This document shows, in pieces, positions 1-11,809 of a stretch of 58,331 bases of DNA. Position 1 is the stretch's first letter, and each line of letters starts with the position of its first letter. The notes beneath the pieces are model-generated. The model worked only from the letters and a program-made list of their open reading frames with translations, had not been told where the DNA came from and did no database searches. The position numbers and the translations under genes were made by a program. Source of the DNA: Vicugna vicugna. Taxonomy: Eukaryota. The stretch spans positions 1 to 58,331 of the forward strand of contig PNXW01002490.1 in the NCBI GenBank assembly GCA_013265495.1. The letters are read 5' to 3'.

Positions 1-188
1 CAGTCGCTTAAGGACAAGCTCTTCTTGAAGTAGCCCCCAGGCAGTTCCTGCTCAAGCTGGTGGCCCAAGATTTCCACCCAAAGCAGACAGTGCTGATTGT
101 CAGTCTTGGCTCCAGGGTCAGGTTGAGCCAGTGGAAACTTTCTCAGACACGCATTATGTGGTAATGATTCGTTCCTCCCATCCCACGG

Positions 189-241
189 CCTTTCTTTCCT
201 TTCTTTTCCTTTCCTTTCCTTTTTCTTCTTCTTTTCTTCTT
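189..241. repeat. Polypyrimidine low-complexity tract (CTTT/CTT-type)
   Basis: Pure C/T run read directly from the sequence. Confidence 0.9.
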
Positions 242-339
242 AATTGAAGTGTTGCTGCCTCTTTTCCTTCCCCATGCATTATCTCGATAAAACTTCTACT
301 TTAACATAGAATCTATTTTCTGTCGTGTTCAATATCAGA

Positions 340-1140
340 TTACTCTCCTAATGGTGGACATTTGGGTGGTTTTTAGTTTGGACTATTGTGAATAAAGATG
401 CTATGAAGCTATGTGGCAGGTTTTGTGGACAGAAATTTTAAGTTCTTTGGGTAAATTTCCATTTATGAATGGTGTACTTGGGTTTGACAGATCTCCAGCA
501 AGCAACAGATGAGAGTTCCAGTTGCTTCATATTCTTATCAATATTTTGTCAGTCTTTTACATTTGATTTCTAGGTGGTATGAAGGAATGTCTCATTTTTA
601 TATAGATCAGTTGTGTTCAGCACCTTATAACATGCATTTTCTTACAGACCAACATTGTTCATCTTTTAATATGTCTAATTTTCCATTTTTCTATCTTCCG
701 TATTTTGTCAATTTTTATTATATTGTTTGACTTTGGGGCACAAGTTCTTTGTCAAATATATGTTTTTGTGAATATTTTACCAGCCTATCTCAACTTTTTA
801 ATAATTTTTAAACATTTTTATTGATTTATAATCATTTTACATTTAATAATATTTTTAATGTGCAGAAATATCCTATTACTTTTCTAATGATATTTTTAAT
901 GTGCAGAAGTTTACATTTTGATGAAGCTGATTTATGGATTTTTTTATCATTAATATTTTCATGTGTTTTGTCTAAGAAATCTGTGTCAACTCAAGGTCAT
1001 GAAGATACTCTCCTAGGTTTTCTTCTAGAAGCTTTATAGCTTTAGCTATTTGTGTTCAGTCATAGTATCTACCTCAAATTGATGTTTTGTGTATGGGATA
1101 AGGTGTGAATCAAATATCTTTTGATAAAATTGTTTTTTGT
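340..1140 (-). mobile_element. Old L1 (L1M-type) ORF2 3' region fragment
   Basis: Degenerate L1 antisense motifs: ggacatttgggtggttttagtttgg, gctatgaa, gagagttccagttgct, ctcaaggtcatgaagatactctcct. Confidence 0.8.
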
Positions 1141-4100
1141 GGTTTTCTGAACTTCTTGTTGAAGTATAGAATAAAAGTCACACTTAATTTTATGTAAATA
1201 GACTAATTCTTGTTAATATTCACATGTCTCCAAACAGGGAGAGACATACAGGTGCCCCCCACACTCAGGCCTGTACACACATTGAACACGAAAAAATAAG
1301 ATAATTGGGTGCAAGCCTCCTGTGAGCTGGCTGAAGAAGTGAGCAGAATGCTGACTGCTGAAGGAAGGAAGGAAGGAAGATGGAAACTTGGAAAAGGCAA
1401 GGAGAGAGGGTAACAGATCATGCTAGTTCAATCATGAGTTCAAACACATGGAGAGAAAAGAGAGAGAAAGGTCTTGACAACGTAATTCTTCAAGATAAAG
1501 GATAGAGTTGCAGAATATTATTTATTTTCATGCTAAAAGCATAGTTTCAGGCTTCTGGCTAAGTAAAGCATCCCCAATTTGGGACTCAGAGATACATAGC
1601 TGTTTAAAAGAGGAGGAGTCATTTTGATTTAAAGATTCATATAAAATCAGGGCTTATCATTTTGGAAGGGTGCTTTTAGGAATTTCTAACTTTTCACATT
1701 AAAGTAGTTTATTTATTTTCAGATTAGAGCATTTCGAAAGTCTTAAAGGCTGTTGTCTCACCTTTCTACCCAAGAATTTCCCTTTTTGAGATCAAAGAAA
1801 GAGTAATGCATTTCCTGCCTTTGATGAAAACCATGCTATTGCTTTGTCATCACAGAGACAAAGGACATCAGATCAAAATAATTGGAAGCAAATCCCTCTG
1901 GACAGTTGCCAGGTTAAACCTGAGGTACCTGGGCTCTGATGAGAGAGAGAGACTCAAGTAAACACTCGTGTGAACCCTTGCCCTGATTAATCATGGTCAC
2001 TAACATTTCTGTACATTCACAACTATCTTTTACAGAAACAGTGACTGATGATTTTGAAGCAAAAACCTGCACAGTCGTAATTTTTATATTTTGTAGCTAT
2101 AAAATGAAAATGTTTCGAATCTTCCAAAGAAATCATACATAGAATTTTACCCCCAAATAGAAAAAGGATACTATATGGTCAGGCTATAGGAATTTCTGAG
2201 GTGCCTTATCTTTATGCACCTTAGAAATGAAATCAATAAGTCAGTTCTTTTTGATAGCATGTTGTCCAACAGTGCAGAGTGAAAATACAATGTCTAAGGG
2301 TAAAGATATTATACAGCGGTGTAGTGTGTGGATTCCTGGCTTCAAACACTTTTTATTCATTTTTTTTTTTGGGTTCCTTTATAAATATGGGAAAAAGCAA
2401 GTCAAAAAGTAAAAGCTACTGAGGCAACTGTATTGGTTTGTTAGCAACCTTTATTATTTAATTTAATTTTCTTCAAACTAAATTTTTTTTGTAGCTCTGA
2501 GCTTCAGAGACCAGAAAGAAGGTGATATGATACAATATAATGTTGGAGGCAGAACAATGATGTTTGTCTACTAAAGCAACTTTTTTTGATTGGAAGGAAA
2601 ACCACTTTATAATTTTCTACATATAGGAACTGCATTTTATAGTTTGTTATTTTATTTTTCATCTTTTTTTCTTTTGTACAAGAAGATCAAATTGTAAAAA
2701 AAAAAAACTAGTTCTATATTTTAAAAATATAAAATCAGGCACTGAGAAGTCAGGAGTGCAGAGAAGATGTGTGGACTTAGGAGCAAGGCATTAGCAGGCG
2801 GGGCAGACGAAGTGGGAAGATTAGAGGAAGCCGGTGATTACAGGCGGCCGAGAAGCGAGGGACGGCAGGGCGGTCACCGGCACTGATCTCTGCAGACGCT
2901 GGTGCAGCCGCAGACAGAAGACTTACATCAGAGCCGAGAGTCACTCACTGGTCTTAGGAAAACATCCTCTTGAAGAGCGTTGGGAACCGTGCCCTCTGTA
3001 AATCATAGATGTGAAAGCAACATCCTTTGTTGAAATCAAATTTCAGTTAGCTATTGTGTAGAAACTTTGGACGTTAATCACAAAGTTATTTAGGCAAACT
3101 TGTTCCTTGAGATTTATTTTCTAGTTTACCTCTTTACTCATTTTTAAGTGCAAGTATCACTGACATTCATCCCACTGCTTTCGAGAACATGAAGCATAAA
3201 TAGAGTGCTTCTCTTTCAACGATTCGTGCTTGCTAAGCCTAGCGGGTCAGCCGGGCACGTCGGCCCGGCCCAGCGTCTTCCATTCATCTAGAATTAGTTG
3301 CTCAACTGGCAGGACCAGAGCTCAGTGGAAAGAGGGTCAGGCGTGCAGATACAAACCTGTTAAATGCTGGCATGTCTGAGGAGGGATTTGTGGTATATAT
3401 GGAGAAGTTAACAGAAGAGGCTTGCAAGCCTCAGGATATAAGCAAGATAATTTATCATCAATTCCGTTGGTTTGTTCTAAGGTTTACTGAGTGCATTTAG
3501 GTGCCAAATATTCAGTACGCTGGAAATACAGCAGTGACAGCAGTGACAAACCCTCTGCTTTCCGGAAGCCCCCTTCCACACTGTAAATAGTGGGTTTAAA
3601 CTGAATTCTGACCTCCAGAGGAGAGGGAGTCCAGGCAGAATCAGAGGAGCCAGGTGAGGTCTGGGAAGAGGTGAAACAAACACCAGGGGAATTTTGTCTT
3701 AATTTCACATGATTATAAAATACTAGAATTAGTACCGTTAGAAAACTGGTTAGAATTAACAGCATCAAATGGAAGGAACAGTGATACTAGATATTAATGT
3801 TTTACATATAAAGAAACACATTCCATATTAAGTAAAAAGATACATTTATAAGAAACTTAATATTAAGTTGATATCATTTAAATACAAATTAGCAAGTGAA
3901 ATTTTTGTCTCACTCAATTAAAAGTAAACATTATGTAAAATGTAGATAATTTGTTGTTTTATTAAGTGTATCTTTTAAAAAAATGTGTATCAGCAGTGTC
4001 ATGGTTGAGGTTTGTGCAAATTTCTCTAGTTTAGAAAAGCACTTTAAAAAGTGCTTTTTGCCCTTAGGGTGGTCAGAGAAATGAAGAGAATATAGTTCTA

Positions 4101-5249
4101 AGGCAAGTCAGATTGCTAATTTTGACTTTTTATGCTTCAAATAAGTCTATCTCTTTTTTTAGGTGGTAACTTTTAAGAAGTATTTGGCGAATAACCACCT
4201 CTCCTTGCTATCTTTTTTATTGAATAGATTTTGTTGTAATGAAAGCATTATTGGGTTTCTTCATCTTTTATTTAATCCTTCATAAATGCAGATTTTCATG
4301 CACAATATTTGTTTCAAGATATATTTGTATTCCTCTTATTTAGAAATCTTTGAAACAAATAAGAATTATTCTTATATTAATGAACATGTTGCTTTATCAA
4401 ATATCATTTTCTTCTTTTTAAAATTTAATTATAGAAAAATACTCTCCAAATTACCTTACTTTTGCTCACTTCAATAATTTAAGAAAGTTTAATTTAAGAA
4501 AGAGTGTCTTAAGATTGCAGTGTTTCCTATTTCTTTAAATTCCAAATTTTCTGTATTTAAACATAATGTGGAAGTGAGAGTACAAAAAAGTATTGATGCT
4601 ACCAGCCTTGCCAAGATTTTGGAATTCAGTTCTATAGGAAACAAAATGTAACTGAAAATAATTGTCATTAGGGAAATAATAAAATCTTTTATGGAATGTT
4701 TGAAGACACTTAATCCTGCAGTAGCTTTTGAAATGTGTTGGAGGGAAGAAAGGAAGACCCACCAGAAGACAAATCTGGGTGCAGCAATGGGTGCTAATCC
4801 AGGAAACTGTACACACACACACACATATAAAATGTGCTCCAAACATAATTTAGCAATATTGAAGGCATTGAAGTCTGCTGAGAATTCCTATGATATGTGT
4901 GTAAGTATGTCCAACAAACCTCTGGTCTCTATTGTTCACTGATTATAAGATTAAGTCTAAATGGAGAAAAAAACTCCCATGTCAAAGGTTACTTTTTGCA
5001 TATCTTGGTCATTATGTTGTTGTATTCAGTCTTTTAGTCAGTTGTCTGACAATGATAATTACACATGTGCATGAGGATGATACATATGTAACGAGGTCCA
5101 TCTAAGTGGTTGAGACTTCTCGTGTAGTGATGCTCTGAAATCCACAAGGAGCTACTGTTCACTCAGCAGTTTTCAGATACCACGTGCATCCAGCTACTGC
5201 GCCAAGATTTGGGTGTATGAGAGGTAATCGCAGGTTGATTCCCGTCCAT

Positions 5250-5680
5250 TGGGAGACACAGGTAAACACAAGTATGCAACTGAGTATGTGCGTAGTCATA
5301 CAAGAGGTAAAGGTGACAGAGGAAATAGCAGTGCTTGAAGAGGCTTTCCTGGGAAATGGTCACGGAGCTCACACTGGAGGCAAGGTGAGGGGCAGGGGTG
5401 GGGGCAACGATGCAGAGACTGATTTGCTGCATCAGAAGTTGTTCACCAGTTTGGCCTCTTATTTGAGCTGAAAGGGAGCAGCCTGCTGTTTGGATCATGG
5501 GATTTTGTGGAGGTGAGGGTCTTTAGGACAAAGTCAAGGATTGGGATTTATGGGAAACTATTAAAATGTCTTCAGTAGAGGAGTGATGTAATCCAGTTTG
5601 TGGTCCCCTTCACTATGGAGAGAACAGAGGGTAGATGAGACTAGAAATGGGAAGACAAATGAGCAGGCTATTAAGGTGTT
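5250..5680 (-). mobile_element. L2 fragment
   Basis: Purine-rich L2 antisense motifs (gaggagtgatgtaatccagtttg, gggaagacaaatgagcaggctatt); boundaries approximate. Confidence 0.55.
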
Positions 5681-6959
5681 AGCTTATAAAATATTTAGTA
5701 AGGCATTTTAAATAAAATTGTCACACACTGATTATAAATAAAAAGTAAAAATCGAATTATGCCTAAAATATCAGATTTTCAAGTAATTTATTTTTAGGTG
5801 CCTGAAAACATATACAGCAAATCTCTTAATTCAGTTCTGATAAGTATAAGTGTTTTTAAAAATGATACTTATTTTAATTTCTGAAGAATTTTTTGAGGAA
5901 GCTGATTTTATTTTTGTATCATCATTTCTTTTTAGCATCAAAGCAAATACACTGTATGCATTTCTCACGTTCATGACTAAAGGTTAAAATATTGGATTGC
6001 TGAAGAAACTGATCTTCAATGTCTGAATTGAATGTCTTGGGAGAAAATTTACTCAGATGTGAAACACATTAATTACAGCATTTGGTAAACTTCTCGTATG
6101 AGAACTAGAGATGAAAGTTCAGGGCTTATCTCTGTGGATTGTGACCTTGGGCTTTCACATGCGCCTTTGTCTGCAAAACACAGAACACCTGGAAAAGCTT
6201 CCAGTTACCTCATTATGTTAATTGATACAGAAAACCTCAGTTGGCAGTCTCAAATCTACTTTCAGGACTTATGTTATTTGGATAGTTTATATGACATTGC
6301 CCCGAGTCATGGTCTTCAAACTTTATTTTTGCTTGGGCATGACCATATAGGATTTTGAAAATATGAATATTCCTCTGCACACTTTTAAGTTGACCTCAAA
6401 AATTTTATATTTCTATTTAAAATGTTATATTGACATAAATTATATATATTTAAAAATACAAATATATGATTTCCACTGTATCATAAATATGGAGATTTTA
6501 ATGTAAATCTGTTAAAGCACTTTTATAAATGTATCCCATGGAACCTAAGAATCATAATGACTTTGCACTCAGCAACGTCTACTTTATAAATTGTCGGAAA
6601 GCTCTTCCCTCACAGCTGGAACATTCACCGTGGTCCTTTGTTTCTCCTGAAGCTGTATTTATATTCCACTTCCTTAATGGACTTTTGTTTTAACATAATA
6701 TACATGTTATGGCTGAAAATGTTTTATTATTTGCTATATCATAGTTCTCTGCCACAAAAAATAATGTATATATTTTGAAAATTGTCAGTATTTTAATAAT
6801 AAGACTACATAAAATTTTAGTAATTGAATTATAGTTATTAGTAATACATACTATTTTGATATTTATGCACAGATGAAAAGCAATATTATAGGAAATATCT
6901 CTCTAAATGAAATTGATTAGGAGAGGTTTTATATTGCTTTGATTAAAGGAGACTTGGCT

Positions 6960-8596
6960 AATAATAAACTCTCAGAAGAGAAATTAAGAAAAAATTCCAC
7001 TTACAATTGCATCAAAAATAATAAAATACCTAAGAATAAATTTAACCAAGGAGATGAAAGGCCTATATTCTGAAAACTAAAATATATTAAAGGAAAAAAG
7101 TGGAAAAAGACACAAATAAATGGAAAGATATCTTTCCATGTGCATGGATGTGAAGAATTAATATTGCTAACATGTCAATACTACCAAAAACAATATACAG
7201 ATTCAATGCAATTCCTATCAAAATTCCAATGGCCTTCTTCACAGAACTAGAACAAACAATCCTAAAATTTGTGTAGAACCATAAAAGACTCTGAATAGCC
7301 AAAACAACCTTCAAAAGGAATGAAACTGGAAGCATCACACTTTCTGATTTCAAACTATTTTACAAAGATATAGTAATTAAAACAGCATGATATTAGCATA
7401 AAAACAGACACATAGGTCAATGGAACAGATAGAGAGCCCACAGGAGCCAAGAATATACAATAGGGAAAGGATAATCTCTCCAATAAATGGTGCTGGAAAA
7501 TTGGACAAACACATGCAAAAGAATAAACCTGGACGACTATCTTACATCATGTACAAAATTAACTCAAAATGGATTAAAGACTTGAATGTGAGACCTGAAA
7601 CTGTAATACTCCTAGAAGAAAACATAGGTGGTAATAAGCTCTTTGGCATAGGTCTTGGTGAGCATTTTTTGAATCTGACACCAATAGCAAAAGTAACACA
7701 AGCAAAACCAAACATCTAACTAAAAAGCTTTTGCACAGCAAAGGAAAGCATTAACAAAATGAAAAGCAACCCACTGGATTGGAGAAGATATTTGCAAACT
7801 CATGTATCTGATAAGGGGTTAATATCCAAGATATATAAAGAATTCAGCAACCGATTGAAAAATCTGATTAAAAAATGGGCAGAAGATCTGAATAGACATT
7901 TTTCCAAAGAAGACATACAGATGACCAACAGATACATGGAAAGATGTTCTACATCACCAAACATCAGGGAAACGCAAATCAAAACCACAATGAGATATCA
8001 CCTTATACCTGTCAGAATGGCTGTTCTCAAAAAACAAGAAATAACAAGTGTCAGCAAGGATATGGAGAAAAGGGAGCCCTCCTACACTGCTGGTGGGGAT
8101 GTAAATGGGTACAGCCTCTGTGCACAAAGTATGAAGGTTCCTCAAAAAATTAAAACTAGAACTATCTTATGATCCAGCAATCCCACTCCTGGATATTTAT
8201 CCAAGAAAATGAGAACACTAACTTGAAAAAGTATCTGTACCCCAATGTTTATTGCAACATTATTTATAATAACCAAGATATGGAGACAACTTGTATCCAT
8301 CAATGGACAAATGGATAAAGAAGATAGTGTTTACGTACAGTGGAATATTATTCAGCCATGAAAAACAGTGAAACCTCACCATTTGCAACAACATTTGCTA
8401 GGTGAAATAAGTCAGAACAGAAAAGACAAATACTGTATATCTCTCTTATATGTGGAATCTATAGACAAACAAACAAATACCAAGCTCATAGATACAAAGA
8501 ACAGACTCATGGTTGCCATACATTGGGGGTCAGGGTGGGAGAAATGAGTGAACTGTTTTTGCGGAGCTTTTTTATAGATGAAATAAATTGAAAAAA
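6960..8596 (+). mobile_element. 5'-truncated L1 (ORF2 C-terminal part plus 3'UTR), degenerate
   Basis: ORFs 7420-7719 and 7759-8172 give L1 ORF2 peptides ([32 protein letters not shown]...[10 protein letters not shown]); AATAAA at 8582; possible diverged TSD 6945-6959 / 8593-8607 (12/15 match). Confidence 0.95.
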
Positions 8597-11019
8597 GATA
8601 CTTTGCTGACCCCACTATTCCAGTTTTTCTTTTTCTTTGATGACTTAGAAGTTATACCTTTGGGGTTGCAATATCACAGCAGGTCAGATTTCAATGCAGG
8701 CAAGTCAGGTGTTCTAAAACTGAATCCATCACCCTACTCTTCCCCCTGGGAAGTCTCTTGCCTACAGAATTTTGTGCTTTCCAGCTATTGACTAAATGGA
8801 CCATTTAATTTTCACAATTCCTCTTTACCCTGTGCTTGTTAGTCACAGAGAAAATGATTTTCAAAACAGTAATTCTTCTGATGTTAAGAGGAAAAAATAC
8901 ACCTGTTTTCAAGTGCAGAGATTTTAACACTTTTGGTTCATTTCTTTAGGGTTTAAAATAGATTAATGTCTTTCTCATATGAGGGAGTAGAAACACATTT
9001 TGCTTTAATGAAAAGCCTGAAAAAGATTAAGTTGCTTATAATGCATGTAGAGTTATTTTGCATTTTATATTTATGCAAGAATTTTTCATATTGTATAGAG
9101 CTATGTAGCTGTGTCCTTGGTTCCTGGTTCTCTGAACAATGTTTTTAGTCTCCACCTTATTTTACTGGCCTGTATCTTCCCTTAAACTCCCACCTCTATT
9201 TACCATTGATATAAAGACAGGAATAGTAACTATCCACCTTGCAGAAATCCTATGAACTGGCACTGATTTTTCTAAGTTCCTGAAGTACTGTATTGCTGTG
9301 GAAAGAGATTATATTTAAACAGGGCTTATTTTTCCAACTTATGTCTTTTTCCAAAGTTCAACCTGATCAATGTGCCTTTTGAATCAGATCTCCAATAAGT
9401 TTGTTGAAATATTAAGAAAAATTTGCACACTGACTGCGACTCAAAGGAGGGGAAAGTTTAGAAAGCTCATTGGCTTTTCTACGTGCACTAGTATAGAAAC
9501 AACTGACAGCTATGAAGTGAGTGTGTAGAAGAAGAAATATAGAAAGTCAGATTCCAACTGATTCAGTGTACTGTGAATTTGACGTTAAAATCTTCTCTTT
9601 TTATATGGCTTTTGCTTTAGCCCATCCTTCCCAATTTCCTAATGTAAGAGTCTGTGAATAAACAGAAAGTAAAGTAGATAATTTTTTAACTTATCTGACA
9701 ATCATTCTCACCTCCCTTTGGGTTTATTGCTTTGCTGGGTAGAGTAGAATAGATTTTATCAAATACATTTTTTTAAAGAATAAACTGGATTTGCAAATAA
9801 GCCTGTGAGTACTTTTACAGATGGTAGTTCTGTGAAGTTTAAAGTTAACTCTTTAGGATTTGTGGACATATGTTTATATATAGGAAACATGATGAATTTC
9901 AATAGAACTCCAATGGAAGGAAACAGAAGGCAACCACAGAGGTAGAAGTCAAGCAAAAGACACTGCAGTGTTCTCAAGGTGGTTGTTCCAATGTGTTACA
10001 AAGCAGTCATGATATGTGCCCCTATTGTTAACTGCAAATACTCTCTAACAACCGATTTCCATATAAACATAAGGAAAATGGAATCAACTTACAGCATCAA
10101 ACTCTAGCAAGACAAAGAGAGAGAAATAGCCTAGTGGGAAGCCACTGTTAGGGCAATAGGAAGACATTTCTACTGAGGGATTTCCAGGCATTAAAGCCAT
10201 TGCACAAATAAAGGTATAGATTAGAAGACTGAGGTTGGAAGCCATAACAGATGACAAGTTTTACATATTTCAACTGCTAACTATTCAATAATGACTGTTT
10301 TTCACCTTCTTTATCTCATTTCAACTAGCAGATGCATTTTCTTTCTGTCTCCACTAAGGGTAAATGTTCATCACCGCAAGGAAGAATTTTCATGTTTGCT
10401 GTATTTTGAGCTCTGATTCCCACCAATGCCACTGTGAACCTGCCATGACAAATCCTGACGTGATGCCTTCGGTACCACGCCCTCTTGTTTTCCCACCAAG
10501 GAAAAATTCACTAGTGCTAAGCACAGCAGAACCTCCAGGTGATCTTGGAAGTTTCTGAGTTAGAGTGGGTGGACGGCAAATATGACTTGTTTGTGACAAT
10601 TCCACTCACGCCTGCTCTCCAGGCAGGGTAAGTCACAGCCCTTCCTCTTGGGCTCAGTGGTACCTTAATTTGGGCAATAAATGGTATAACCATCCTACCT
10701 ACAGATGCAAAGAGGAAAATTACCTGACCCAATAAAATTCAAAATGTTTAGAAATACTGCTTCCCTAGATTCAAGAATGTGACAATTAATTGAGTGATTT
10801 AAAAAATACTGTTTTCTATTTTACTAGCATAGCCTCTCCAATAAATTGAATAATTCATTCACTTAAATGTGTGTTGATTTACTTACATACATACATAAGC
10901 CCTAAGTAGTTATTCATCTCAGATCATGAAACAGGCCACCACAGATCATGCCTCAGGGACAGTGTGCTTTAGCTTTCCATGGCAGCATTTGGAGTAAGCT
11001 AACTAATGCCCTGGGTAGT

Positions 11020-11170
11020 GCCAGTCTGGTTTAGAATCCTGGTTTCAGGTCTAGCTTTTGGGAAATTAACCATCCTAAACTGTAATTTCCCTACCTTTAA
11101 AGCAGAGTAGTTGGAAGGAATATGGACTGAAATTCACCTTTAAACCTAAGGACTGCTTCTGGTACATTGC
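11020..11170 (+). mobile_element. MIR fragment
   Basis: tggtttagaatcctggtttc...tttccctacctttaaa resembles the MIR core. Confidence 0.5.
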
Positions 11171-11339
11171 AAATTTACGATGGTGTCTGTCTTGTCATAA
11201 ATCTTGCTTTAGCCTCAGATTTGGTTCTAGTGGGAGTATCTCACATCCTCACTGAGAAATAGCTGAGTTGTTTTTGATGCTTGTTCCTCTTAATTCCCAA
11301 GGGGTGAGCTAAGTCTCAGAAGCCTTTCAAAGTCTATCT

Positions 11340-11453
11340 GCAGTATTTAGAAATGAAAATAAAGGATACCAGGTTAATTTTGAATTTCAGATTAAAAAAC
11401 AAATATTTTTGGTATAAGTATGTTCTATATTTTTATCTGAATATCCTATCCTT
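11340..11453. mobile_element. MER53-like hAT MITE remnant
   Basis: aaataaaggataccaggttaattttgaatttcagatt...tataagtatgt matches the recalled MER53 arm. Confidence 0.7.
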
Positions 11454-11809
11454 AATGCTACTCAGACATGCAATAGGAAATGTGCAATAGTTGTGTCCCC
11501 TGTGAAGACGTGGGAGCAGGATAAAAGAAATAAAATTGGAAGACCAAAGTTGTTTCTTTAATCTGATACGGTATTATATAAAGATAAATGATGCTTTCAT
11601 TTAACTATTAGGATATAGCCACTCTAATATTGATTTGAAATAGCCAATACATTATGAAATAGAACACTGTATACCATTACTAAGGAAAAATAAGAAAAAT
11701 AGAAAAGAAATAAAGGTTATTTTAACAATATGTTGATGGTCAAAGAATAAATCTGTTCCTTTAAATTATTATAAAAGCTCTAACTATGTAGATGGGCAAG
11801 ACTTAAAGA

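Noticed and set aside
1..185. Open minus-strand frame (…LWVEILGHQLEQELPGGYFKK…) running off the window edge
   Set aside because: Short, truncated by the window, no splice or start context, and no family recognised
2036..2570. Three short AG-flanked segments resembling small coding exons
   Set aside because: Donors are weak or absent and the peptides are unrecognisable
6098..6112. 15-bp match atgagaactagagat also found near 35356
   Set aside because: About one such 15-mer match is expected by chance in 58 kb
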